A DNA stretch of 64,000 nt from Octopus bimaculoides (Eukaryota), in NCBI RefSeq assembly GCF_001194135.2, contig NC_068995.1, positions 34,841,356-34,905,355 of the forward strand, read 5' to 3'. The first letter of the stretch is position 1. Every line of letters starts with the position of its first letter. A program made the position numbers and the translations under genes. Positions 49,305-63,487 of the stretch are shown here, piece by piece. The notes below the pieces were generated by a model, which saw only the letters and a program-made list of their open reading frames with translations, did not search any database and was not told the origin of the DNA.

Positions 49305-52300
49305 CTACGTCAGAATCTCTGAACCATGCTCAATATAAACAATTCTACGCACATTTTTTTGAAAGCTGTTTATCAGTGGTTATTAAGTTAATGTGAATGT
49401 ATCCTATTGATGTTTTTCGTCTTCTTCGGAGGAAAACTCCATTTAGATGATGTGTTAAAAAAAAACACGCAAATACCCTCTGTACTGGGACTTTGTGACC
49501 CAATTTTATTTCGACCTAGATGCGTGTTTCTTCCAGTGAAGATTACCTCTTTGGATCGATGAATCTAAGAAGAACACGCGCTCTTGTTTATAGGAATCAT
49601 TAAAGAAATTATTTGCTGATGTCAGACAATAATTCATGGCGAACACATAGAAAAGTAAGAGCCTAAACAATAACATATCTATGCATATTAATACGTTCGT
49701 GCAGATTTAAACATAAATATGTGTTCGGTGTTGGTTTTCGTCATCGGAAAAGACTTTGGAGTGCACTAATATCCTACTGGTCTGTTTTCTATTTTCGTGA
49801 GGAAATAACAGGATACCTTCTCTTCCTCTTAATCTTTCAAAATAATAATGCTCTAATAGAACACATTTCTATCCAAAATAGAGAAAACACAAATTATAGG
49901 TGAAGTGTTGCCTGTTCAAAGATATATTTCCAATGTAGGAGGTATTTAATGAAATAAGTAAAGTATTTGAAGAGTGATTTACTTTACAATTACTAAAGGA
50001 AGAATAAAATATGGAATACATATTATAAAAATGTGTGAACAGACAAAAAGAAAGCAAGAAATTGTTTTTTATCCGTTGTTAAAGCATATATTAGTGCGAA
50101 ACAAAAATAAGTAACACCCCTCTACAGATATATGATAATACATACATTCATACATAGATACATAGATATATACATACATACATACATACATACATGTATG
50201 AGCGTGTTTGTGTGTGTGTGCATGTGTGTGTGCGTATTTGCGTATAAATTTCTACGTCGTTATATATACATTGATCATTATATATACATAGTCTTCATAT
50301 ATACATTAGTCATTCGAAACTACTTACAACGAAGATACCTTAACATTAACTAAAGCAAAAATATATATTCACCAAGCACTAACATGCGGATTTTGAAAAG
50401 TAGCTCATGATACAAACTAGAAAATCTTTAGCAGAGCAATAATTTATTACGGAATAGGAAACTTAGCAATATATTCGTAAACAGGCGAAATATAGTTTGA
50501 TACTCATTAGTACGCGTACACTAAAAGTTACAGCGTACCAATACAATATATACAAATATTTTCATTCACACATTATACTGAAATCCGTACCTCCCCCCCC
50601 CAAAAAAAACATGACAAATCAATTCACCATGTCTGGTTAAATTCTAATCCATATACTATTGCAAGTATATAATATTCGGCACGTGACATACATGCAACCT
50701 CTCAATTTTACATGAATGAATGTCTGACGTTTAAGAATTGGGTCAGAAAAACCATGTGCTTTTTTAAAATCAAATCGTAATGGGTTAAGCATGTTAAAAT
50801 AGATGTTGCTATACGGAAGTAATGAGAAATTTCATGAAGTGAAAGACATACACATACATGCATACACACACGGTCATTTTTCAAAGGAATTTTCAATGGC
50901 TGGATAACTGAAGAGATGTTGGCGTGGACCCTCCACCCTGGCATCCGAAACTCGGAGTTTTATCATGGCTACTGAATAAGTGTCACATATTTTTACAGAT
51001 AAATTCCTCTATTTGCATAATATCGAGGTCTCTTTCTTTCTTTTGTTGCCATTCCTGTCAAATATATATATGTGNNNNNNNNNNNNNNNNNNNNNNNNNN
51101 NNNNNNNNNNNNNNNNNNNNNNNNNNNNNNNNNNNNNNNNNNNNNNNNNNNNNNNNNNNNNNNNNNNNNNNNNNNNNNNNNNNNNNNNNNNNNNNNNNNN
51201 NNNNNNNNNNNNNNNNNNNNNNNNNNNNNNNNNNNNNNNNNNNNNNNNNNNNNNNNNNNNNNNNNNNNNNNNNNNNNNNNNNNNNNNNNNNNNNNNNNNN
51301 NNNNNNNNNNNNNNNNNNNNNNNNNNNNNNNNNNNNNNNNNNNNNNNNNNNNNNNNNNNNNNNNNNNNNNNNNNNNNNNNNNNNNNNNNNNNNNNNNNNN
51401 NNNNNNNNNNNNNNNNNNNNNNNNNNNNNNNNNNNNNNNNNNNNNNNNNNNNNNNNNNNNNNNNNNNNNNNNNNCTTAGGTGAATAAGTTTTTTAATTTT
51501 TTTATTAAACATAATGAGTCCGAGAACCTCTTCATAACATCTCGTATATATATGTGCAATTACTCTCTGCGAGACGAAATCTATCTCTGTCTCTCTGTCT
51601 CTCTCTCTCACACACACACACACGCACACACACACACACACATACACGCACACAGTGCTTTTGTTTGATTTTCCCGATTTATTTTTATATTGATACAACC
51701 AGTGAAAGTAAGCGTTGTAATAAGAAACAGACAACTGTGCATATTTACACGCGAACAAAGAATCATGTTGTACTTAACAATATAAATATAAATTTAATTA
51801 TCTCAACATTTGTGTTTTTTTTTTCTCACGAAATTAAAATTTCAAAACTGAACTATAGCGACGTCTTCGTGATGCTTTTGTTATTATAGCGTTATTTTTA
51901 TTAATTTATTTTATGATTAGAAATTGGCAAGAAGTTATTGTTTCTTGGCATATAGTAGTAATTGTCTCTTGGAAAGTAAAATGATGGATTTTATGTGATA
52001 TCTCATTACATACATCATCAAGTTTTTGTTTATATGTTCATTCATAATAGTTTTCCCCCCCTTAAACATATTGTTATCCTTTGCATCGGTAGAAGTAATT
52101 CTCTTTCCATAAATAATATTTTTTTTTCAAAAGATATTGTTGCAGTTTTCATTCCTCTGTTTAATGCACATTTTTGTTTTCTGCGTGGAGTTTTTCACTT
52201 TTTAGGAAAAAGTGATTATCAAAATGACATCTCGTCATTTTGCTGAATCGAGTTCTGCAAATAGAAATAATTGTTTTTATATATATATATATCTATATAT

Positions 52301-55300
52301 TATATCTCATTACATACATTGTCTTATTTGTGCTTAATATCTCAATCACAAATACCTTCCAGTTTCTGTTTAATATGTTATTGCATCAATCGTCTGGTTG
52401 TTTTTTACACATTTATTTGTAATGTTCTCGGTTTTTGCTATTTGCTTCACATTTGTTTCGAAAATCATTAGTAGAAATAATTCCTTTTATAATGTTATTT
52501 TATATTGTAAATATTTTAGCTGTATTTTGAATTTTATACAAGGAAATCACCAGCCAACGGTCTTTGGCCTCTCTTCCATTGCAACTCACATCTCATTGTA
52601 TTTCTGTCATTCACTGTGATCACTCACACTGAAGATTTCGATGAAAATTGCTGCTAAGTGACTCGGAAAAGAAAATTCAGGCTACAGGTACGACAAAGAG
52701 ATACCTAAAAAACAGCAGTACATAATGCGAAATTTTCAAATGTGCAACAAATAATTACAAGGCAAACAGAAAAATATATTCGAAATGAAACTCAAGAATA
52801 TAAAGGTCCAAAAATGAAAGAAACATATTCTAAAGTGAAAATTATGAAAAGGAAGAAATGAATAATTAAAAAATTCAATGGAAATTGCCTGGAAGTCATA
52901 AAAAGATTAATTGCGAATTATAGATCTATTTATTCTGACTGCAACCTGCAAAGAGTTTTGACGTAAATGATATCAACGCTATACAAAACTTGCAAATATT
53001 TACAGAGAGAAGATTGCGAAATTAAGAACGTTGTGTCAACACTCGACTAAGGAATTAAAATATTATTCAAAATGTAAGATATGCGAGAATCCCAAACAAT
53101 ACAATCAACAACAATACGTTTTTCAAAAATAATTTTATTGTGACATTCATACAAATTCTTGAATATTGTTGGTAACTTTGCAGAACCAAACATTTCTTAT
53201 CAGAAATACTGACTTCCAGGAAATAATACAGCACTATATCTTCGAAATATGAATAATTCACGGCTTTTCAAAGACAGTATCAAGTCTTACAACTCACCAA
53301 TTTCCTTTTCTACATTGGCAGTATCGCTCCAGATTGTGAATTTGATTCTTTCCGCGTTCATGAACAAGTCTAACATCGCATGAGTAATATACTCCTCAAT
53401 AATTTGTTCCACTGTAGGTAATTGATTCCAAATTGGTCACTAACATCAGTTTGTCGAATCAGAATGACGAAAGACTCATCCATCGAATTATAAATTCTAT
53501 TCATTAGATTATCAGAACAATTTTTATGCTTTCGTGTAGAAAATGAAGATGTTTAAAGAAGAACAGTTGTGAATAAGGCATTCAAGCGAATTCGCAAGTA
53601 ACTGAATGTGCTTAACATCACTCTTGCGGCTAAGTGACAACGATTTTTAGTAATACTAACTTTCAACCATTTTAAAACTTCACTTTCGTGTTTAATATAA
53701 GAATGGAAATATGCTATTCACCTTCCTGAACATAGTGAATCATTATGTTATCAACATTGTTACTGTAGAAAGCGAGAATTTAAACTGAACATAAGCAATT
53801 TTTGTGTAGTGCAAACGATAAACGGATGATGCAACCAATTCATGTACGTTTGAACATTATTTCAACAATATTTTGACGCCTTTTTGCTCAGAGAATAATA
53901 ATTTGTATACTGTAAGGTATGAAAGGGATCGTAGCTTTAAACAGTTTCAAGTGTATACTAATCAAGAGCTGCATCAGCTGTGATGCAATAACACATAAAA
54001 GATGTACAGTTATTTTCCCATCATGTATAGGATCTCCTCAGAAGTGGAGGTAAATCTATCATGACATCACAGATTTGATGAGAAAACTTGCCACTATGAT
54101 AAGCAGTCGTTCCTAGGATAAAATTTGCTATATTTGTAGAAAGCTCTCATCATACACACTGGATACTTTTGTAACAATAGTGTTCAAATTAAATTGTGCA
54201 GATTTATTGAACTATACCCTACTACAATATAACAAATACCAACAAAAATTGCTCAATCTAACGAATTCCTGAAACTATTTATATCACTATTATGTTCTGA
54301 TTCTCTTAGAGTAAGAATATAAGTTAATGAACCAAGACAAAATAGAAATGAGCAGCATTGTGCATATAAATACCTAATGCATATATTGAGTCAACGTATT
54401 ATGAAACCGTGAAGAAGCACTTAACTCACAGTCTCTGTGGAAATCTAAATCCTGATGCAATGAAAAATTGACAAATATTGTTGACAGTAGGCATATTGTT
54501 CTTTTCGACAATCATCCCACCTTTAAGCTTAACATTCATATCAGTATAACAGTTGGCTCTGCAATGAACCGTGTATACACATTTTCAAATCTGTACATAT
54601 GTTCTGCGATTGCGCGAAATTTCAAAGCAATGTAATTGTTCACGATAAAGTCTCGTATTTCTTAAATGCCAAATATATTAGTATACCTAGGAATGTGGCA
54701 GCTTATAGAATAACAAAATGCCTCACAAATCAAATGCAATTGTATATTGCCATAAACTTGGAGACCATATACTGTATACTTCAATAATAGAAACACGAAA
54801 GAAGCATTACCATACCTTCTCTCAAATTGTATGGATACAGGTATTGATACAATTACTTAGTAACAATTTTTTAAAATCTTCATATAAAAGATTATAGTGT
54901 GGAGTATAAAAGCTTACGGTGAGAGAGAGAGAGAGAGAGAGAAGACATATACTTGAAATAAATATATTTTTTACCGCAATCCCTTAAATATTTCAGATAT
55001 TTGTTTCTCACAGTTGCGATAAAATTCAAAATTGTTAAACGACCTCTATCAGCAAATAAGAAGACATGCTCATTAAAGATTGTATTAATCAACGATATGC
55101 TTCGGAAATATCAGGAAAAGAAAAAAAACACACTTGAAGCACATTGAAATATTAATCATAACAACCTGTCAGCATCTAACTTCCTAATGCTAAACTTGGC
55201 TCCGAAATTGCTTTATATGAATGAGCATTAACAACTAAAATTATGCGAACTATACGAAATTGAATTTTAGTTAGCAAGAAATACTTGAATGCCATCATAA

Positions 55301-55599
55301 ATTTGGTCACCGATTCTTGTTCATTGATGAACCAAGATGATTTGGCAAAATAAATTTTTATAATACTGCTATTAGCAACGTTAGAGAGAAAGAGAGAAAC
55401 TTTTCACCTCTGCAACTAAATAGTGAACGTAGTACATATTTAGACTTCATGTCTTTAACCGGGGCATATCATTATTCTCTATGAAAACTTCTTCATTTAA
55501 CTCTAATCATTATCTTTAGGATTCATACCACATACCTCGTAATCAATGAACAGTCTATACTTCAAAGTTCGCTGAATAATATGACAGATACGCAAGCCA

Positions 55600-56330
55600 A
55601 TTTCATAGAAGTGGTTAGCTGACACATATTTTTCAGTCTTGTTGATTGCATTTTATGAACTTAGAGTGACCAGAAAAATCTCAAGAAAAGTCATCTTGAT
55701 AACACATCACCTTAAATTTTCCTGGTAATTTCAATTCTCAACAGCAGTTATTATTTGAGAAGGCTTCAATCCCATTACATTTATTGGCATCTTTTAAGAG
55801 CAGTGCGTACATATGCCCAAGATCTTAATTGTCTGGTCCCTGATCTTCCAAATCAGCTCACATCCAATTTCGAAACATATTACTTAAACTAACCTAAAAC
55901 TGTGGAAATTGTCAACATTGCTGGAATATAGTATCCACTCACAAAGGTTACTGATCTAGTTTCTGCTATGTCCGTAATATCAATAAGTGCACGAAACTCT
56001 TCCGATGTTTACTCCATCAAAGAGCTCCTTGTACATTTCAGTAACACCCGTATCACTATCGCAAAGATGAAAGGAGAAAGAGCACATCACACCATGAGGT
56101 CTTACTCCAGTGCTTACAAGTTGGTTGCGAATTCCTTCATAGCAAGCGCATAAATGCTGGTCTAAATTTCCATCATACATCCCGGAATGACAGAAGAAAT
56201 CCAGTGTTTTGTGTAACAGCATACAGAGTACTGATCAGTATTCATGTGTTGTGTCAAATTTCACTATATGAAAGACGTTTCTTCCGTTATTGGCATGCTG
56301 AATGGTGCTTCATATATTCATGACTGCCTC
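55600..56330 (-). mobile_element. Highly degraded RTE-like RT relic
   Basis: Minus strand gives MYDG...VSTGVR/CALSPFIFAIVI, resembling the GVRQGCVLSPFLF motif. Confidence 0.35.
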
Positions 56331-57260
56331 ATTATAACCCGAGTATTCAAGGCACTCGTATCCTTATGAGTTCATTCGCTGTTAAAAATCTTAACATCTT
56401 ATCAACATTATATAAACCATTTTACTCACTACATTGAAGATAGCTATCGGCAGGAACTGATTAATTGACGTTGCCACCTCCTTCTTAGGTAGTAGCAGAA
56501 TCTTTGCCAAACACCAGTTATGTATTACTGTTTCTGCATTCAACTGTCTTTGCTATGGCTCATTAATGATCTGCGGGTTCTAGAGAGAAGTTTGAATATT
56601 CTTTTATACGTTTGTAGTTTCTTCTTTGAAATACCGTTGAATGCGTTGTTTTTTTCGACTTACTTGATTGTGAAGTCCGAAATAAGTGGTCGAACTGGAT
56701 CTAAGGCTCAAGTGGAATTAGCTCATCAGTAGTTAAGAATCCAGGGTGGCGTATGATGGGCAAGTGGCGGTATCAGTTTGAAATTTGGTAGTTCCGTGCT
56801 AGTTGGTACTTTACTTTTGGTTTCATATATATCTACAATATTGGACGAAATACTAGAATTCCTTGTAAAATATATAGGAGTATATCAACCATACATTCAT
56901 TATCCGAAACAGCTGCGAAGATAAGACTCCACTGCATCAAATAAATTGTATAAGCAACTTTTCATATCAATACACTTCTTACATTTGCTATCGTTTGTGT
57001 TTTTCCACTTCCATACTCGCTCGATTCCGATTGTTCTTCTAACAGATATTCTTTCCTCCATACCTTTCGACTACCTCACCCTGATAAAGGAGTTGGAGTT
57101 TAAGGCCCAGATTTCTCTGAGCGCTACTTGATGACTATACCGCGTTTATATAAGTACTTTGTAATTCATTACTTATATACTTGTATGTGTGTGTGTGACT
57201 ATATGCGTATCCTCTACATATATGATACATTTGTGTCTGTATTATTTGTATATATATGTG

Positions 57261-57329
<69 letters not shown>

Positions 57330-57746
57330 GTNNNNNNNNNNNNNNNNNNNNNNNNNNNNNNNNNNNNNNNNNNNNNNNNNNNNNNNNNNNNNNNNNNNNN
57401 NNNNNNNNNNNNNNNNNNNNNNNNNNNNNNNNNNNNNNNNNNNNNNNNNNNNNNNNNNNNNNNNNNNNNNNNNNNNNNNNNNNNNNNNNNNNNNNNNNNN
57501 NNNNNNNNNNNNNNNNNNNNNNNNNNNNNNNNNNNNNNNNNNNNNNNNNNNNNNNNNNNNNNNNNNNNNNNNNNNNNNNNNNNNNNNNNNNNNNNNNNNN
57601 NNNNNNNNNNNNNNNNNNNNNNNNNNNNNNNNNNNNNNNNNNNNNNNNNNNNNNNNNNNNNNNNNNNNNNNNNNNNNNNNNNNNNNNNNNNNNNNNNNNN
57701 NNNNNNNNNNNNNNNNNNNNNNNNNNNNNNNNNNNNNNNNNNNNNC

Positions 57747-58058
57747 TTCTGCTGCACTTCTTCCAGCCTTATCTATTGAATCAGATGTAATATCTGCAAC
57801 AAAATCTACGTTGGTCAGAGGGGTCGGCGGCTGGCCGACCGGTTCACCGAACGTCTACGAGATATTCGTCTACGTACGAACACCCCCGTCGCACGTCATT
57901 TTCGCTTGGCCAGCCAATCCACCTCAAATATCTCCATTTTGGGCTTCACCCTACGCCATGGATCCACCAACTCTTGACTCCGCCTGTAACAACATTACAT
58001 TTTTACTCTACAGACACGAACTCCTTTCGGACGCAACACAAACCCCTCCTCTCAATGA
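57747..58058 (+). pseudogene. GIY-YIG endonuclease of a PLE (Neptune-like), three in-frame stops
   Basis: FCCTSSSLIY*IRCNICNKIYVGQRGRRLADRFTERLRDIR..TPVARHF...*LRL*QHYIFTLQTRTPFGRN, in one continuous frame. Confidence 0.85.
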
Positions 58059-59428
58059 CTCCCTACACCTTCCTTGAGAAATAACTTCTTATCCTATCTT
58101 ATATTTACTCACATTCTTTATAACTTTTATTCGTTTATTTTCCATTTTTTATAGTTTTTTTCCGTTGCACTTGCTTATTTTGCTCCTTTTGTTATTCCCT
58201 TTTACTTTATCCTTTAATTTTATCATTGTATTATTTTCTATTTTTATCTTTTTTATCTATTATTTTTTATCTATTATTTTTCATCTATTTTATTATTTTA
58301 TTTTAATTTTATTTTTACACGTTTTTATTAAGTTATTATTATTTTATTATTTATTTTTGTATTTAATTTCATCATTATTTTAAAATTGTATTTTATTTTT
58401 ATCTTTTTATGCTTTATTTTTTTAATATTTATTTTGTCACTGACCTTTTCATACAATTTATTCCCTGTATCGTGTTATTCTAACATACCTACTTTCATTT
58501 TGTATTAATTTTTTATCCCTTTTTCCTATACCACACACAACACACCACCCACCACACACCACCCACCACACACCACCCACCACACACCACACACAAACAC
58601 ATACCACCACCCCTCTCCCTCTCAGGCACAAGCACACAAAGAACGCACACATAACTCCACACACATAACCCTCAAAACACAACACGCACATATACCTTCA
58701 CACACACAAGCCTCTACACACACACAACACACACACATACACATATACATACACATATACGTGCACCTACATACACTTCAACACACACACACACGCAACA
58801 GTGCGACACACAAAGATAGGTACGCACACGCATTTATACAGTGAGAGAACAGGTGGCAGAGACACAAAGATAAACACACACACACATACACACACACACA
58901 CACACATATATGTACATATACATATACACATTGCCACTCCATTTACGCATACATGCGAACACACACACACCCTTCTTCACCCATTCACACAACTCCACCT
59001 CGCTCCTCTCTCCCTCTCACACCCGTACACACACAGAACCCACATATACTTCCACACACTTAACACACAACACATACATGTACAGATATGCACGCACATA
59101 CACACACGTATATATGCGAACATACAAACACATACATAAACGTACATATATACCCCCACACAAACAACACACTCAAACAGAACACACATACATGCACACA
59201 TACATACATACACACAAATATATACATGCACACACACACGTACACACACACACACACGTGCTATCATACACACAGGCTATCATACACGCACGCGCTATCA
59301 CACACACACACAGTTACGAACCTTTCTTCAAACTCTTCTGTCTCAGAAAGCACTTTCTCGTTGTCCATCTTGTCTGGTCATTCTAAAATGTGGTCATTCC
59401 ATGTGGCGATTTTCTATCCTCTGCCTCC

Positions 59429-59465
59429 TGTTTCTGAAGAAGAGTTTTGCTCGAAACGTAACACA
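59429..59465 (+). ncRNA. Minimal type I hammerhead-like motif (canonical core plus extra A)
   Basis: TGTTT-CTGAAGA-A-GAGT-TTT-GCTC-GAAA-C-GTA-ACACA. Stem I pairs at 4 of 5 positions. Palindromic ACGT stem III. Confidence 0.6.
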
Positions 59466-60182
59466 CCCTTTCTTTCCTTCTCTGAGAGTCTTAATACTTT
59501 GCATGTACCACGTCCTCGCGTTGTTATGTTTCTCTTGTCTTTTTTCTCCGTTTTTTTAAAATTAAACACACACACACACACGTGTGTTTGCATGTATCTG
59601 AATGTGCGCTGTGTGTGTGTGTATGCGTGTGTGTGTGTGTGTATGTGTGTGTGCGTGCGTGCGTGTGCTGAAAATGTATTCTTCCATGTAATTTCCGTAG
59701 CCATCCTGGTGGACATTCACAGACGCATTTTAACTTTTACTCTGTATAATAAACCTTAGCTTGCTCTAAAAGCAACTGAAATCAACCGTTGCCTCATAGC
59801 TTCAGGCATTTTAACTGCGCTCATTCGATACTCCTGGCAATGTTCAATGTTCTCCAAAACTTTTAATCTTTTGGGATTTCATTCGCAGTTATCGAACAGC
59901 AACGTAACTTTAAACTGTCCCTGTTCCCACTGCAGACGACACATGCACAGCGCTACAAATACGGCCTGCACAACCACCTTCACATTTCATGACTACCGCA
60001 CAAGTATTCTGGATTATTTTTCCGTTTTTTTTTATATTTAATTTTTGAGAGCGGTCGGGTTCATTTTTTAGTATTCTCGTTTGTGAGAGCAGTCGAGTTT
60101 ATTTCAGATGTTCTCATTTTAAAAATTATCTCCGGCCAATCGTTGAGAAGACCTTGGTGTTACCTTGGCAGAAGTTTGCGCT

Positions 60183-60195
60183 CTTGTTGTTGTTG

Positions 60196-60253
<58 letters not shown>

Positions 60254-60288
60254 CATTATTATCATCATCATCATCATCATCATCATTA
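60183..60288. repeat. Compound trinucleotide repeat (TTG)n(TTA)n(TCA)n
   Basis: Direct. Confidence 0.95.
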
Positions 60289-60874
60289 TATACTTCAGGA
60301 ACCCTACATGGTTAAGGTAATATATTTAGAATAATCCAACGGGATATATCTCTACATTCTTATCTTTTGAGAATTATTATCAGATTTATGTACTAACCGT
60401 TGAATAACCTATTTTGAATACCTAACAGTGAGCAAACCGGTAAACGTTTCGAGAAATCTCTTACTAATTGTCAATATATATATATAGATATGTATATATG
60501 TATGTGATAAGCCAACATTCCGCCAATACTGTATTGGCTTAAATTGTCTTGTATGAAACTGCTTCCGCCTGTACTCTTTCACAAACAGTTGTTTGAGGAC
60601 ATGTTGATGAAATACTTGTGACAAAATATAATAGAATACCTGAATTCCAGGTGGTGGTTTAAAATGGACACTGTAGACTTCTCTTCTACCCAAATGACTA
60701 CAACATATTTGAAAGTATTAGTGTTGTGCTTGCTCTTGCATTTGCTGGTTATTTGAAATTCAACGTGACCAGCGTTCGGTGAAGGGCTGCGCCCGTGCAT
60801 ATGTTAGGAGTAATAGTCCGTCTTAAGCGATTTGTTGTTAAGTACAAATAGAAAAAGGCTCTTGATAAAAAATG

Positions 60875-60878
<4 letters not shown>

Positions 60879-60953
<75 letters not shown>

Positions 60954-60965
60954 TATAGAGAGAGA
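60879..60965. repeat. (GA)n microsatellite
   Basis: Direct. Confidence 0.95.
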
Positions 60966-63398
60966 AATCTGGAGGGAAACGGGAGGGGAAGAAAGAGAGA
61001 AGACGAGTAGACATAGAGAGAAAGATAGAGACATCGGACCTGATAGAATGAATTTGATATACTAGATGTAAAGGATACAAAATAAAGACGCATAGATAGA
61101 AGGAAGAAGAAAATAAAGAGGATAATGTATGAATAGAAAGTGGGTTAGTATATTTAATTAGAGATATATCCTTGATTTAAACTATTCCAGAGAAGGCAGG
61201 GAAGTGAAAGAGAGAGAGAAGGCAACGTAGACGTAAAAGCGAGACGATGTTTTCTGTGTGAAAGCCCTTAGTCATGTCTATTGGATACGAGCTGGTTTCT
61301 GGCTGTGACAACTACATGAATACAAAATCCTATTGTGGTTTACAATTTCGAATGTAGACAAAACTTAGATTAATATAATATATTGCCTTCTACTGGAAAT
61401 GTATTAACCCTTTTACAATTTTAATTACGATGTGTTACATTTTTCTTTGTGTAGTGGTTATACCTCTGTTAAATGATTTCTCTTATAAAGTAATTAGCAT
61501 ATGACACATTCTTAGATTTAAAATATTGATTTTTTAAAAATATAATCTTTTGTATGTTTCTTCTTATTAGACATTTATCAATATATTTTTTAAAGGTGGC
61601 AATTATTATTTTGATTAAAATTTGAAGAAGGATTATGTTTCTCTCGAGCCAATATGGTTTTAATTATATCGTCGAATCGCTATAATTCCTCTACTCGTTT
61701 TCTTTTTGATGGTCTAATCTTCCTAATATTCTGTCACTTATCAGCTCATGTGTCATCTATAATTACGTTGGCTTTGTAGCTGCAAGAGAATCGGTTTTTG
61801 ATCCTTGTTACAAGTTCATTTCATATCCAAGGCATATTATATTGTTATCTTGTGTCAAAGTAGGAAACAGATAGTTTGTGCATTTCTTGAAAGCCCTTCG
61901 CAGCATCGCTAAGTTCTCAAGAACTAAAGCTCATAATGGGTTTCGACTTCTGTTGAGAAATCGTGCGTGCCACTGAAATCAACTGTAAATCTCATACCTA
62001 ATTAACTATAGCATATGAGTTGGCACTCTTGAATCGACTTACAGTGTTCGGTTTGCATCCATAGCTTTACACAGGCTAGGGCTGCATATATCACGCATAT
62101 TGCTGACAACGACAACGGTAGAATTGATTATTATTTCGTACCCTTAAGGTTTCCAGGGTAACTTGTCGATCATAATAATCTAAGTCTTTATTCACTTAAC
62201 ATTAAAAAATATAAGTCCTAGTGATTTCCAGATATATTCTCTCTTACATGGTATTTATAACATAACATTACGCTTTCAAGAAGAGATTTAATCCCAGTTT
62301 TCCAAAAACTCAGTGTGTTCCAAAAATGTTTACATGATTTAACTGCTGATAACTTAATTTTAATTTTATTTTCCATTAAACCCGTTACATATAATGAAGG
62401 AAGCCAGTTTTTGAATACTATATACCATTGTTTATTTTATCGTCATTTTACTTAAAGAATCATGCCTTCAGGTTCATTATTTGTACGTTTTACCTTTGCC
62501 CTTCATTCATGTTTGAAATGGTTTCATATGCTTTCTATTAGGAAAAGTTGAAAACAAGGCGTACCAACTGAGTCTTCATGATTAGTAAAGAAATCATATT
62601 ACCATCGACGTGAAACACCTACAAACCATTAAGATGAGCTGAGACAGAAACTTTCTCCAATAGTAATTGCTCCCTTTAATGTTTACTGTGAAGAAGTACA
62701 ATTGTATAACTGATAACTACTGTGAACAAGGAGCAACCTACAATATAAAAGGTAAAGAGAAAAACAAATTTTCACTAAAGAAAATATTTTAACTGCAAAC
62801 AATTAAAAAATAAGAACTTTAGCTTACGAATTGTAAATGATCACATTATTTTTTTTTTGTTTTCAGTTTAGATATCCTAATTCATTTAGCGTCCAGTTGA
62901 TAACATTCAATTAGCTTTAATCTATTAGTCAGAGCTAAGCAATTGATATTTATTACCATGCATTATATATATGTATGAAGTATTAATCTAGTGCATCAAT
63001 TATTTTCTATCTTAATCCTTTCTTCAGTTGAGTGTATTTTATTCTAGTTCATTGATTCCTTCTTTGATCTTGGTTTCTTTATCTACCGTGATATTAACGA
63101 TATTAATTAATATTGCCTTGGTGTGATTTTACTAATATACATCTTATAATAATTGCACTATAAAGGATAATTTTATCTGCCAAAGTATTTCTCTTTTTTT
63201 ATAATTTGCCGTGTAGAACTTCAGACAGTCTATCTTCTTAGAGCAATTGTAACTAAGTCCAGTTGTTTTTTTAACATGTTGTTTGAAGGTGTTAGTACCA
63301 AATATAAGAAATAGCAGGGGGAAATACTCGTCAAATATTCCTGTTGTAATAGAAAGAGATGGACATTTCGTAATTTTCTCTTCCGTCTATATCTGCAG

Positions 63399-63487
63399 CA
63401 TTATCTGTCATTATTCTGATGGGATGTCTCATATACCTGCATAGTATTGGTGCGTGTGGTTCCTTACACCAGTCTAATGTTTCCAGA
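63399..63487 (+). CDS. Candidate isolated coding exon encoding a hydrophobic, signal-peptide/TM-like segment
   Basis: Acceptor gtaattttctcttccgtctatatctgcag and donor AGA|GTGAGT. Open frame xLSVIILMGCLIYLHSIGACGSLHQSNVSR (phase 1 to phase 0). Confidence 0.35.

Larger units (their letters stand above)
57746..59560 (+). mobile_element. Penelope-like element (third family): GIY-YIG endonuclease, long AT/CA-rich 3' region, pLTR
   Basis: Endonuclease at 57747-58058 and hammerhead motif at 59429-59465 lie on the same strand. That they belong to one element is inferred. Confidence 0.65.
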
